From: a virus
Taxonomy: Duplodnaviria; Caudoviricetes
Direction: 5' to 3' (one strand)
IMG/VR virus record: IMGVR_UViG_3300020414_002797
Coordinates: 1 to 48,801 of that record
DNA length: 48,801 bases
Shown: piece by piece, positions 9,842-18,431 of the stretch
Layout of the letters: each line of letters starts with the position of its first letter
Numbering within the stretch: position 1 is the stretch's first letter
The notes under the pieces: generated by a model
Told to the model about the DNA's origin: nothing
Database searches by the model: none
The model's input: only the letters and a program-made list of their open reading frames with translations
Made by a program: the position numbers and the translations under genes

Positions 9842-10297
9842 ATGGCATCAACAGTATCAAGCTCACCTTTGTTTTTAACAGTAACGGAAAAAATAAATCT
9901 TAACGGATCAGAACACGGTTCGACTACTAAAGTTAAAATTGAAGGAATAAATGAAATTTCAAAAAGAATATTAACTGTATCAACCACACCTGGAACACAA
10001 ATATATTCAGGAAGCGATAACACATCTGTGTACGGAACATTTGTTACAGACAATGTAAAATACATTAGAGCAAAAAACCTTGACGATACAAACTATGTAA
10101 TCCTTCATCTTGAAGGAAATAGTCATTATTCACAGGTTAAAGTTAACCCAGGCAACGTTTTCTTTTTAACAAGTGTCTCGGGATCTTTTGATAACGCTTC
10201 GGTAGTTGGAAGTTTCTCTGCTGAAAATATAACTAGAATTGATGCTATGGCAAACACTGCTGCCTGTGACATTGAAATTGTTGTAGCTAGTACATAG
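9842..10297 (+). CDS. Putative virion structural protein (beta-rich)
   Basis: S/T/V/N-rich, low charge, MAS start; GAGG RBS. Confidence 0.55.
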   Translation: MASTVSSSPLFLTVTEKINLNGSEHGSTTKVKIEGINEISKRILTVSTTPGTQIYSGSDNTSVYGTFVTDNVKYIRAKNLDDTNYVILHLEGNSHYSQVKVNPGNVFFLTSVSGSFDNASVVGSFSAENITRIDAMANTAACDIEIVVAST

Positions 10298-10305
10298 GGT
10301 TTAAT

Positions 10306-10977
10306 ATGAAAAAATGTTGTAACGAATGCGGAAGGACTGAGATTAGAGAATTAATTAAAGAAGCTTTATTTGAAGATAGAAAATATATCCTTTCAGATTC
10401 CAAAACTTATATATCTGATAACTTAAAGCATCATGTTGATAATAACATTATGTTAAAAGAAAACATCTTTAGACCTAGTTCTCAAGCCTTTAACGATTTA
10501 TTCAGTGAGGCTAGAAGACTTTACCTGGATAAAAAACTCTTTGCAAGCCCTGATGATGAGTTTTTATTAGAAACAGACATAGGGGAAACAGAATTATATC
10601 GTGGGTTTAGTGTTCCTTTAGACTTACCAATGTTAAATGATGATGATCCTATTCATGATCTTATTTATGAGGCAAAATATCAAGGAAAAGAAGTCAAGCT
10701 TAATAAACCTAAAAGAAACACTAAAGGAAAGGGTGGTAAATATGTTGTCTATGTTAGGGATCCTAAAAAGAAAGGTAAAAACAAAGTAAAGCGTGTAACC
10801 TTTGGATCTCGAACTATGAGCAAAGGGATTGATGATCCTAAAAGAATTAAGTCTTTTGTAGCTAGACACAGATGCAAAGAAACAAACGATAAAACCTCAG
10901 CGCGATGGTGGTCATGTAGATTGCCAAGATACGCAAAAGCCCTTGGGCTTAAGCAAACAGGAAATAAATGGTGGTAA
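10306..10977 (+). CDS. Conserved large-phage protein with basic C-terminal domain (KxFxARHxC...WSC)
   Basis: VYVRDPK, KSFVARHRC, RWWSCR pattern recalled from T4-like phages; IRELIKEA near N-terminus. Confidence 0.6.
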   Translation: MKKCCNECGRTEIRELIKEALFEDRKYILSDSKTYISDNLKHHVDNNIMLKENIFRPSSQAFNDLFSEARRLYLDKKLFASPDDEFLLETDIGETELYRGFSVPLDLPMLNDDDPIHDLIYEAKYQGKEVKLNKPKRNTKGKGGKYVVYVRDPKKKGKNKVKRVTFGSRTMSKGIDDPKRIKSFVARHRCKETNDKTSARWWSCRLPRYAKALGLKQTGNKWW

Positions 10978-10992
10978 TATGAAAATATCAAA
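10950..10992 (+). repeat. 43-bp direct repeat copy 1 (gene end + leader start)
   Basis: 42/43 identical to 11877-11919. Confidence 0.9.
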
Positions 10993-11869
10993 GCAAAGAA
11001 TAAGAAAAATAATTTTAGAATCTTTAAATAAAATTCTTAATGAAGAAGATACAGGGGAAACAGGAGGTTACGAGATTATTGACAGTGGTGAAGATACCGG
11101 CTATCAAAGCAAACCTGATTCGTTTCCACTCATTGTTGATATCTTGGGATACAACAGTCCGGTCGGTTTTTCAAATTCAGGATTAAAAAGATACGATATA
11201 CGAGCAAGAGAAGTACCACTCACCTCTCATGAAACAAAAGCGGCTTTGTCTAATTTAATGTACATTCACAAGCAAAACAAATACAATGTAGCACCTTTAA
11301 CAGTAACTGGTATTGATCTCGTTTATACGCCTGGTGTGGAAATTGAAAAAATACCAGGAATTCAAAATGAAATAGAAAAAGTTAGAGAATTTTATGAAGA
11401 TTGGGAGCTTGGAGAAATGCACAGATATGTTTTTGGTCAAACAGCATTTTGGATGTATGATAAAGAATCATCTAGCGGTGGTGCTTTTGAAACAGGTTTT
11501 TCAAAAGCACCAGTAAAGCTAGGAAGCAAAAAAGGGTCTGTATTTGTTTTGCCTATTTCTTGGACAATATCTTGCGACGAGTTGGCAAAAAAGCATCATG
11601 CATTACTTGAAGCAATGTATTTATTTGAGCAAGACTATTTAGAATCAAATCCTGATGCTGATCGAGAAGAAGTTTTTAAAGAACTTAATAAATACTTGAA
11701 AAAAAATGCAAATATGACACTTGAAGAATTTATTAATCTGAGTCACACAATAAAAATGCTAAATAAAAATCTGGAAAAAGGTAAAGTTGTAACTCTAGAC
11801 GGAACATGGGTGTCTGAAAGAGATCCCGGCGAACAAGATCGACTAAGAAAGTTAGGATTAATAGATTAA
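10979..11869 (+). CDS. Leader-tagged hypothetical protein (MKISKQRIRKIILES)
   Basis: ATG 10979 just after upstream stop; shared leader. Confidence 0.75.
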   Translation: MKISKQRIRKIILESLNKILNEEDTGETGGYEIIDSGEDTGYQSKPDSFPLIVDILGYNSPVGFSNSGLKRYDIRAREVPLTSHETKAALSNLMYIHKQNKYNVAPLTVTGIDLVYTPGVEIEKIPGIQNEIEKVREFYEDWELGEMHRYVFGQTAFWMYDKESSSGGAFETGFSKAPVKLGSKKGSVFVLPISWTISCDELAKKHHALLEAMYLFEQDYLESNPDADREEVFKELNKYLKKNANMTLEEFINLSHTIKMLNKNLEKGKVVTLDGTWVSERDPGEQDRLRKLGLID

Positions 11870-11876
11870 ACCTTTA

Positions 11877-11919
11877 TAAGCAAATAGGAAATAAATGGTG
11901 GTAATATGAAAATATCAAA
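11877..11919 (+). repeat. 43-bp direct repeat copy 2
   Basis: TAAGCAAATAGGAAATAAATGGTGGTAATATGAAAATATCAAA. Confidence 0.9.
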
Positions 11920-12583
11920 AAGAAGAATAAAACATTTAATTTTAGAATCCTTTAGAAACATTTTAAAAGAATCCGACGAAGATAGTGAAAGTGGTAAAAA
12001 TCAAAACGAAATTTACACAAAACTATCTCCTTTAATAAACAGCGACCAAGAAGATGAATTTAAATCAGGTTTTGCACTCCTAGAACAACTAATCACAATG
12101 GAAAGTTACAAAAGCAAAACAGAAGAGGCAATAAAAGAGCTTGCAGAAGATTTGTTTAAAAAAATAAAAGAAACACCCTTGTCAATCGGTAATAGAGAAC
12201 TAGAAGATAGAGCTAACCAACTATATAGTGATTTAATGAGAATAGAAGCAAGAGATGGACAGGCCGGAGATGAATATTATTTTACTCTTGCAATGTATAA
12301 TGATGCTGAAGCAGATTTTCACGAGTCTGCTCCAGAACCTAGACCAGAGGCAATAGAGCTGCACCAAAAATTAGAAAAAGTTTTAAAATTAATTGGTTTA
12401 AGCGCACCTAGTTTTACTGATATTTATGGTCAGGATTTCGACTCTCAATCACAAACAGAAACTGATGATGACTACTCTTTACTAGATGACATTGATTTTG
12501 AAGCACTTGACTATGAAGACTTGGACTTTAGTGATGTTGATCCTAAATATGAATTTGATGATTCTGACTATGAGCTTTATTAA
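11906..12583 (+). CDS. Leader-tagged acidic helical protein (MKISKRRIKHLILES)
   Basis: Shared leader; Asp/Tyr/Phe-rich C-tail. Confidence 0.75.
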   Translation: MKISKRRIKHLILESFRNILKESDEDSESGKNQNEIYTKLSPLINSDQEDEFKSGFALLEQLITMESYKSKTEEAIKELAEDLFKKIKETPLSIGNRELEDRANQLYSDLMRIEARDGQAGDEYYFTLAMYNDAEADFHESAPEPRPEAIELHQKLEKVLKLIGLSAPSFTDIYGQDFDSQSQTETDDDYSLLDDIDFEALDYEDLDFSDVDPKYEFDDSDYELY

Positions 12584-12601
12584 TTTAACAAACGGTCATA
12601 A

Positions 12602-12883
12602 ATGAATCCTTATAATCAAACAAATATTTCAAAAAACATCTTTACAAGAGTCTTTGATCCTAAAGATAATGAAATGTTTATTTGGCATAGAGATAAAAAA
12701 GATAGAATAGTAAAAATTATATCCTGTAATAATTGGCAATTGCAAATTGATAATGAGTTGCCTATAATCTTAAAAGAAGGTTTTAATTATTTAATTCAAA
12801 AAGAAGTCTGGCATAGAATTATTGCTGGAAATAATAAATTAATAATTCAAATAACCGAACTTGAAGAAGGTGAGTTAAAATGA
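12602..12883 (+). CDS. Cupin-fold protein
   Basis: WHRD...WQLQIDNELP...VWHRII pattern. Confidence 0.65.
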   Translation: MNPYNQTNISKNIFTRVFDPKDNEMFIWHRDKKDRIVKIISCNNWQLQIDNELPIILKEGFNYLIQKEVWHRIIAGNNKLIIQITELEEGELK

Positions 12884-13098
12884 AATATAAGTCTGGAGAT
12901 TGTTTATACTTTATTGATAGTAACAATAAAATAATTTTTGCAGAAGTGTATAAGGTTTTTGAATCAATTAATGCATATTGTATTGTTGACCTAAAAGATT
13001 ATAAATTTAGAACAGTTCATCACGATAATTGCTTTGAAGAAGAAAAACATGCAAAAGCTGTTTTAAAACAAAGAAAAAAATTAAAGGTAAAACAATGA
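12880..13098 (+). CDS. Small SH3-like hypothetical protein
   Basis: YKSGDCLY; coupled ORF. Confidence 0.6.
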   Translation: MKYKSGDCLYFIDSNNKIIFAEVYKVFESINAYCIVDLKDYKFRTVHHDNCFEEEKHAKAVLKQRKKLKVKQ

Positions 13099-13940
13099 AT
13101 ATTACAGGTAATACTCCTCTAATAGCGATAGATTCAGATGAAAGAATCTGGGCCAAGCTTGAAACACACAATAGAACAGGCTCTGTTAAAGATAGAATGA
13201 TTGAATATATTTGTGATAAAGCTCTTGCTGGTGGAAAAATTATACCTGGTGTTACAACTCTTGTAGAGGCAACGTCAGGAAATACAGGAATTGCCCTTTC
13301 AAGCTATGCAGCCTCAATTGGCTGTAAATGTGTTATCATAATGCCTTGCAACATGTCCGAACAAAGAAAAGATATGATGAGAGCTTTTGGTGCAAAAATA
13401 GTTCAAGTAGAACCAAACAACTTTCAAGGCGCAATAGCCCTTAGGGATTCAATGGTTGGGTCTGGTTATTTTTCTCCTATGCAGTTTAGTAACCCACTAA
13501 ATGTTGAATGCCATTACTCTATCACAGCACCAGAGATTCTGGCTAATATAAACAATAACTTTGTTGGAAAATGGTGTGCATTTGTACATGGTTCGGGAAC
13601 AGGTGGGACAATGATGGGTGTTAAAAACTTTATTGACGATAATAATCTTCATGTTAAGTGTATTCTTACACAGCCTGAAGAGGACAATGCAACTCATGGA
13701 ATTCAAGGAATTAATGATGGCGCTGATTTTTTATTAGATAGAGACCTTATGGATGAAACTTTTTCTATAAAAACCCAGGATGCTATAGATAGAATGAAAA
13801 GATTCTGGCAAGAGTCAGGAATACTTATAGGTATTAGCAGCGGTGCAAATATCCTTGCAGCTGAACGATATGTAAAAAAATACAATCCTAAAGGAATTGT
13901 TGTAACCATTCTTTGTGATAGAGGTGAAAGATATTTATGA
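13095..13940 (+). CDS. cysK: PLP-dependent cysteine synthase family protein (CysK/CysM)
   Basis: AKLETHNRTGSVKDR, EATSGNTG, GSGTGGT, GISSGAN, DRGERY. Confidence 0.9.
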   Translation: MNITGNTPLIAIDSDERIWAKLETHNRTGSVKDRMIEYICDKALAGGKIIPGVTTLVEATSGNTGIALSSYAASIGCKCVIIMPCNMSEQRKDMMRAFGAKIVQVEPNNFQGAIALRDSMVGSGYFSPMQFSNPLNVECHYSITAPEILANINNNFVGKWCAFVHGSGTGGTMMGVKNFIDDNNLHVKCILTQPEEDNATHGIQGINDGADFLLDRDLMDETFSIKTQDAIDRMKRFWQESGILIGISSGANILAAERYVKKYNPKGIVVTILCDRGERYL

Positions 13941-14413
13941 GAAAAGTAATAAGAAAAATAATTAAAGAATCATTGTACAATCGTATGGAAAAGGATTATA
14001 TTTTACGAAGCGGAAAAGTTCTTCCTAATTTTAGAGGTGTTATGACTTCTCTGACGACTAATCCTTCTCATATAAATCAAACAATATCAGTTATGGAGAT
14101 GATTGATTCTTATTCTTTGTACAGTAATGCGGGTATAAAAAGTAAAGTTAAAAAAATCGCTGACCATCCAAAAGTAACAGACTATTCTGTGAATTTATAC
14201 TTTAGCGATATGCAAGTAGCTATTGCTATCTATCGTTTTATTCAAATTGCCGCAGAAGCTTCTCCGTGGAGTTCGGATAACTTTTTTGCTTTCTTTCCTG
14301 AAGAAGATAATGATAAATTTGAAATTTTACTTTTTCCTGTAAGTGAAGGCCCAAATAAAAGATACTACAATGTTAAATATTACATTCGAATTCCTGAAAA
14401 CAAAGAGCAATGA
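13937..14413 (+). CDS. Leader-tagged hypothetical protein (MRKVIRKIIKES)
   Basis: Shared leader; ATGA overlap. Confidence 0.7.
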   Translation: MRKVIRKIIKESLYNRMEKDYILRSGKVLPNFRGVMTSLTTNPSHINQTISVMEMIDSYSLYSNAGIKSKVKKIADHPKVTDYSVNLYFSDMQVAIAIYRFIQIAAEASPWSSDNFFAFFPEEDNDKFEILLFPVSEGPNKRYYNVKYYIRIPENKEQ

Positions 14414-14414
14414 T

Positions 14415-15149
14415 ATGAGAAAGCTAATAAGACAACTGATAAAAGAATCACTAATTAAAGAGTCAGACGCTTCGATTGATCTAGATAAGATTGGTAACGA
14501 TCTTGTTTTAGCTCTTAAGCAAGCTGGCTTTAAAAAAGCTAAAAAGGGAAGAGGTCATGTTGATAACTACGGACCTACACAAAACAAAGATGTTTTTCTT
14601 GGGCCATTTAAAAATGATATTTACAAGCATTTTAAACTTGGACAAGAGTTGGGAAAGTATTTTCTTAATGTGTATAAAAAGCCTGACGATAAACTTGTTT
14701 TTGATGCATATGTTGCTACTGTTAATAATGCCAGATTTACAAAAAGTTTGGCGGGCTTTGTTTTTCCTGAAGGAGCTTTGACAATTTTTGAAATGCATAA
14801 AAAATATGTCGAGCTCGTAAAAAGCAAAAATAAGAATGCAAAGCATTATAAGGTTGTTAGTCGCAGTACAATTAGGGAATATTTGTTAAAGATGTTTAAT
14901 CAAGGAAATCATAGGCTTTCTAATCTTGAAAGCTATTGGGTTGAAAGGGCTAGCTCTTCTACAAAATACGGAATAGGTACACACTTAAATGGCGGTGCAC
15001 TTGATCTGATTGGTTATGACGAGAATACATCAAAAGAAGACTTAGCGTCAATTAAAAAAATTGTTAAAACCATAGCAGCAAAAAATGGAACAAGTTTAAA
15101 ACAATTTGTTGTAGAAGCTGATCATATTCATCTTGGTTTTAAAGTTTAA
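14415..15149 (+). CDS. Leader-tagged protein with M15-like (LAS) zinc peptidase motifs
   Basis: MRKLIRQLIKES leader; THLNGGALD (HxxxxxxD) and EADHIH. Confidence 0.65.
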   Translation: MRKLIRQLIKESLIKESDASIDLDKIGNDLVLALKQAGFKKAKKGRGHVDNYGPTQNKDVFLGPFKNDIYKHFKLGQELGKYFLNVYKKPDDKLVFDAYVATVNNARFTKSLAGFVFPEGALTIFEMHKKYVELVKSKNKNAKHYKVVSRSTIREYLLKMFNQGNHRLSNLESYWVERASSSTKYGIGTHLNGGALDLIGYDENTSKEDLASIKKIVKTIAAKNGTSLKQFVVEADHIHLGFKV

Positions 15150-15166
15150 TATTATAGGGATTACGA

Positions 15167-15700
15167 ATGAGAAAAGTAATAAGAAAAGTAATTAAAGAAT
15201 TTCTTGAGAAACAACAGCCAGGTTACGGAGGTGAAGGAGAAAACCAGTACTTTCGTAGACTTTTTGAATGGTGTAAAAATATAGGCTTTGAAGCTGTACC
15301 TGTAGTGAAACGTGTCAAAGGAAAGCACGTTGGAAATATTCCTTTTGAATATGATCTTTATAAAGATTATGACGGAAGAGGCTTATTAGACCACAGATTA
15401 AAAATGAGAATTTCAACAAGTGTGCAATCACCTTATCTTGATTTTGATTACGCTTTTGTAGATTTTGAAGAAGGCGAAATAGGTGACTCTAAACAGGCTA
15501 TACGCTTTGTAAGCATTGATGACTCGCCAGGAATAGAACTATTATCAGAGTCTGATCTTAAAAACATAAAAGACATGATAAGAAGACTGGATAGTTTTTT
15601 TAAAAAGACAGATGCAGACAGTCTTTACGAAATGTGGAGTAGCGCAAATCCAGGATCAGGTGACTTTAATATTTTGGTTCACGCGTGGACTCAAAAATAA
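15167..15700 (+). CDS. Leader-tagged hypothetical protein (MRKVIRKVIKEF)
   Basis: Shared leader. Confidence 0.7.
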   Translation: MRKVIRKVIKEFLEKQQPGYGGEGENQYFRRLFEWCKNIGFEAVPVVKRVKGKHVGNIPFEYDLYKDYDGRGLLDHRLKMRISTSVQSPYLDFDYAFVDFEEGEIGDSKQAIRFVSIDDSPGIELLSESDLKNIKDMIRRLDSFFKKTDADSLYEMWSSANPGSGDFNILVHAWTQK

Positions 15701-15710
15701 AGGAGAGCAT

Positions 15711-16601
15711 ATGAAAAACTTATTATTTTTATTATTTTCATGTACAACGGATGTTGGAATCATTGCTGTTGACAAACAACAAAACGATTCTGCAATAACT
15801 GATACGTATCAAGAAACAGAAATAGAAACAGGTAATGAACAAGAAACAGATTTACAAACTGAAGAACCCAGTGGAACCGTTGGGCTTATTGAATGGGAGC
15901 TAGAACAAATTGCGTGTTTGCCTTGTATGGGTGTTACACAGGAAATAACTGTAGAATTTAAAGCAGACTTTCATGGAAAACTAAATGAGTCACACCCAAC
16001 ATGGATACCTGAACAAGGTCAATGCGTACAAAACTTAAACTATTTAACACTATCTAGAGATAGTATTGACGCAGGAAACTCATTAAATATTCAAGGAAAC
16101 TTCTCAGGCTTTCAAGCTTATAAATCTACAGGAAATATTTATAGTACTTTTATTACTGAGTCTCAATACGAAAGGGATACAAACTATAAAGTAACTACAC
16201 AGGAAGGGGATGCGCTAAGCTTTAATTCAATTAGGGGTTTTGATTATATCGAACCAGTTGAACTAAGATATATTGATCCATCGTACGCATTTGCTGCACC
16301 GATTTATAGAACAGGTTCTACTTTTTGGTGGGGACCAAGTGGAACAAACGAAACATTTAATATTACGCTGGCCGTATATTCCCAAGACGGATCTCAAATA
16401 CTTGGTTACGTATCGTGCTCAGGTGGTGATAGTGGTATGATGACAATACCAGGTCAATATCTTTCTAGTTTTCCCGTCTGGAGTCTTGTTGCTGTTCATA
16501 TGACAAGATTTTCAAATCAAAAGGTTTTATTTGAAAAATTAAACGGTTATGTGGATGTACATTTGTACTGGTCAGTTGTTGGTACAGGTCACATAGAATA
16601 G
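15711..16601 (+). CDS. Putative lipoprotein
   Basis: AGGAG RBS; MKNLLFLLFSC signal, acidic linker, beta-rich domain. Confidence 0.7.
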   Translation: MKNLLFLLFSCTTDVGIIAVDKQQNDSAITDTYQETEIETGNEQETDLQTEEPSGTVGLIEWELEQIACLPCMGVTQEITVEFKADFHGKLNESHPTWIPEQGQCVQNLNYLTLSRDSIDAGNSLNIQGNFSGFQAYKSTGNIYSTFITESQYERDTNYKVTTQEGDALSFNSIRGFDYIEPVELRYIDPSYAFAAPIYRTGSTFWWGPSGTNETFNITLAVYSQDGSQILGYVSCSGGDSGMMTIPGQYLSSFPVWSLVAVHMTRFSNQKVLFEKLNGYVDVHLYWSVVGTGHIE

Positions 16602-16609
16602 GAGCGATA

Positions 16610-16789
16610 ATGAATTATATAGGAAAAGATTGCTGGCAAGCATCAGGCTTTAAAACAGTTTATTTTGGAACTGTTATTGAACAAAAAATGGAAGATAGTT
16701 GGCTATTATTAAAAGTAAAATGGAGTCATAACTCTAGTGAAACATGGGAAAAGGTAACAAACCTTGGATTTATTGACCCAAAAAGATAA
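16610..16789 (+). CDS. Small hypothetical protein (59 aa)
   Basis: AGGAG RBS; MNYIGKDCWQ...; below ORF-track cutoff. Confidence 0.6.
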   Translation: MNYIGKDCWQASGFKTVYFGTVIEQKMEDSWLLLKVKWSHNSSETWEKVTNLGFIDPKR

Positions 16790-16810
16790 TAATATTATTT
16801 AACATTATAT

Positions 16811-16839
16811 GTGTAAAAGATATTATTTTATGATATAAT
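16811..16839 (+). promoter_or_regulatory. Promoter of tRNA cluster
   Basis: GTGTAA-N17-TATAAT. Confidence 0.75.
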
Positions 16840-16880
16840 AGATACATAGGAAATAATAAAGATTTTATTATTTTAAATAT

Positions 16881-16964
16881 GCTTTGGTGGTGGAATTGGT
16901 AGACACACAAGACTTAAAATCTTGCGACCTTTTGGTTGTGCGGGTTCGAGTCCCGCCCGAAGCA
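16881..16964 (+). tRNA. tRNA-Leu(UAA)
   Basis: Acceptor GCTTTGG/CCGAAGC, anticodon arm CAAGA-CTTAAAA-TCTTG, long variable arm, GTTCGAGT. Confidence 0.93.
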
Positions 16965-16991
16965 TTTTGATCTTTAAAATTGCTATAACTT

Positions 16992-17065
16992 GCACCGGTA
17001 GCTCAGCTGGATAGAGCATCCGCCTTCTAAGCGGACGGTCATAGGTTCGAATCCTATCCGGTGTA
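16992..17065 (+). tRNA. tRNA-Arg(UCU)
   Basis: TCCGC-CTTCTAA-GCGGA anticodon arm; GTTCGAAT. Confidence 0.95.
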
Positions 17066-17071
17066 CTTTTT

Positions 17072-17144
17072 ACATCCATAGCTCAGATGGTAGAGCAGTT
17101 GACTTTTAATCAATTGGTCGCAGGTTCGAGTCCTGCTGGATGTA
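17072..17144 (+). tRNA. tRNA-Lys(UUU)
   Basis: GTTGA-CTTTTAA-TCAAT; acceptor ACATCCA/TGGATGT. Confidence 0.93.
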
Positions 17145-17151
17145 TTTTTAA

Positions 17152-17229
17152 TGCGGGATGGAGCAGTCAGGTTAGCTTGCTGGGCTCATAACCCAGAGGT
17201 CGTCGGTTCGAATCCGGCTCCCGCGTCCA
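17152..17229 (+). tRNA. tRNA-fMet(CAU), initiator-type, CCA encoded
   Basis: CTGGG-CTCATAA-CCCAG with three G-C pairs; non-Watson-Crick 1:72. Confidence 0.85.
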
Positions 17230-17236
17230 TTTAAAA

Positions 17237-17309
17237 GGGCACTTGGCGCAGCGGTTAGCGCAGGGGACTCATAATCCTTTGGTCGTAGGTTCAAATCCTA
17301 CAGTGCCCA
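17237..17309 (+). tRNA. tRNA(CAU), probably Ile2 (lysidine, reads AUA)
   Basis: GGGGA-CTCATAA-TCCTT; overall resemblance to bacterial ileX; elongator Met not excluded. Confidence 0.75.
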
Positions 17310-17348
17310 CTTTAATATAAAATTATGTCATTTGACAGAGGAGAGATA

Positions 17349-17531
17349 ATGAAACTTAATTTATATATGTTAGCATTTTTAGCTTTTGGGTGTTCTGACA
17401 AAGAAAATGCTACTACAAATAGTAACACAAAAAGCGAAAGTGAAGAAACAACAACAGAAACAAATAGTGAAACTGTTGAAACAGAGCAAACAGAACAAAC
17501 AGAAACAAACAAAGGAGAAAATAATGATTAG
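17349..17531 (+). CDS. Small T/E-rich lipoprotein
   Basis: MKLNLYMLAFLAFGC lipobox; GAGGAG RBS. Confidence 0.7.
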   Translation: MKLNLYMLAFLAFGCSDKENATTNSNTKSESEETTTETNSETVETEQTEQTETNKGENND

Positions 17532-17730
17532 TTTATTGATGACGATGTTCCTGGCATGCGGGGAAAAAGATGAAGATACTGCAACTGAAGAAGTTGTCGA
17601 AGAAACGACAGAGGAAACTGGCACTGAAGAGACTGAAGAATCAACAGAAACTGAAGAGGAAACTGAAGAAACCGAAGAAGAAACTGAAGAAACCGAAGAA
17701 GAAACTGAAGAAGAAACTGAAGAGGGTTAA
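17524..17730 (+). CDS. Small poly-(Thr-Glu) lipoprotein
   Basis: MISLLMTMFLAC then TEEE repeats; AAGGAG RBS. Confidence 0.7.
   Translation: MISLLMTMFLACGEKDEDTATEEVVEETTEETGTEETEESTETEEETEETEEETEETEEETEEETEEG
17620..17724 (+). repeat. Imperfect tandem ACTGAAGAA(GAA) repeats
   Basis: Encodes TEE/TEEE units. Confidence 0.8.
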
Positions 17731-17732
17731 AA

Positions 17733-18050
17733 ATGAAAATGTTATTTTTATTGACAGCTTTGGCATGTAATAATTCTAAAAAAGAAGAACAAGAAAGCGT
17801 TGAAACAATGAAAAGTAGAACATCTGGTTCTATTGAAATTAAAGCTTTCGTTCCTGAAAAAACAGTCGAATTAGAAAATAAAGATATATTTCCAAAACCT
17901 GACTTAGATATTGACGGCAACCCTGTTACAAATACTCTAGATAAAGTAGTTGTTACTACCTTGGATGGAAAATTTTTAACTGTTATTGAAAAAAAGACAG
18001 ACCCAGTAACAGGTATTGAAACAATTACAGTATCAGTTTCTGATGAATAA
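17733..18050 (+). CDS. Putative lipoprotein
   Basis: MKMLFLLTALAC lipobox. Confidence 0.7.
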   Translation: MKMLFLLTALACNNSKKEEQESVETMKSRTSGSIEIKAFVPEKTVELENKDIFPKPDLDIDGNPVTNTLDKVVVTTLDGKFLTVIEKKTDPVTGIETITVSVSDE

Positions 18051-18052
18051 AA

Positions 18053-18343
18053 TTATTTTGACCACCAGGTGTTTACCATTTCTAAATTCAGTAATTCTGT
18101 GATGTCGTCAGGTAAATAACCTATTAAGTCAAAATCAAACCACTCGCCTTTACAATTGATTTCATTTTTTGGAAATCTTTTGTGAAGGCTTTTCTCTTGT
18201 TTGCCTTCATTTTCAAGGATAAGAATTAGTCTAAGTTTAAATGGGGAACCAGTTTGTAATTGTTTAAGTCTTTTTAACGGATGCTTAGATCTTCCAATTT
18301 TAAAGCAGCCATTATTTGATGATTGTATGATATATAAGTGCAT
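18053..18343 (-). CDS. GIY-YIG family T5orf172/MUG113-type nuclease
   Basis: LYII...KIGRS...RLKQLQTGSP...EKSLH...GEWF. Confidence 0.85.
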   Translation of the reverse strand: MHLYIIQSSNNGCFKIGRSKHPLKRLKQLQTGSPFKLRLILILENEGKQEKSLHKRFPKNEINCKGEWFDFDLIGYLPDDITELLNLEMVNTWWSK

Positions 18344-18431
18344 GTACTATTATAATAAAATGCATAAAATGTTATAATAAAATTATAAATCTTTTGTTGA
18401 GAATGATATTTATAATTGACTCGAGGTTGAT

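Noticed and set aside
16873-17079. Minus-strand 68-aa ORF
   Set aside because: Antisense shadow of tRNA genes
17312-17920. Several overlapping alternative-frame and antisense ORFs
   Set aside because: By-products of low-complexity GAA/ACA repeats lacking stops
18053-18343. GIY-YIG gene as intron-encoded homing endonuclease
   Set aside because: Only 96 aa, no DNA-binding extension and no interrupted host gene; free-standing
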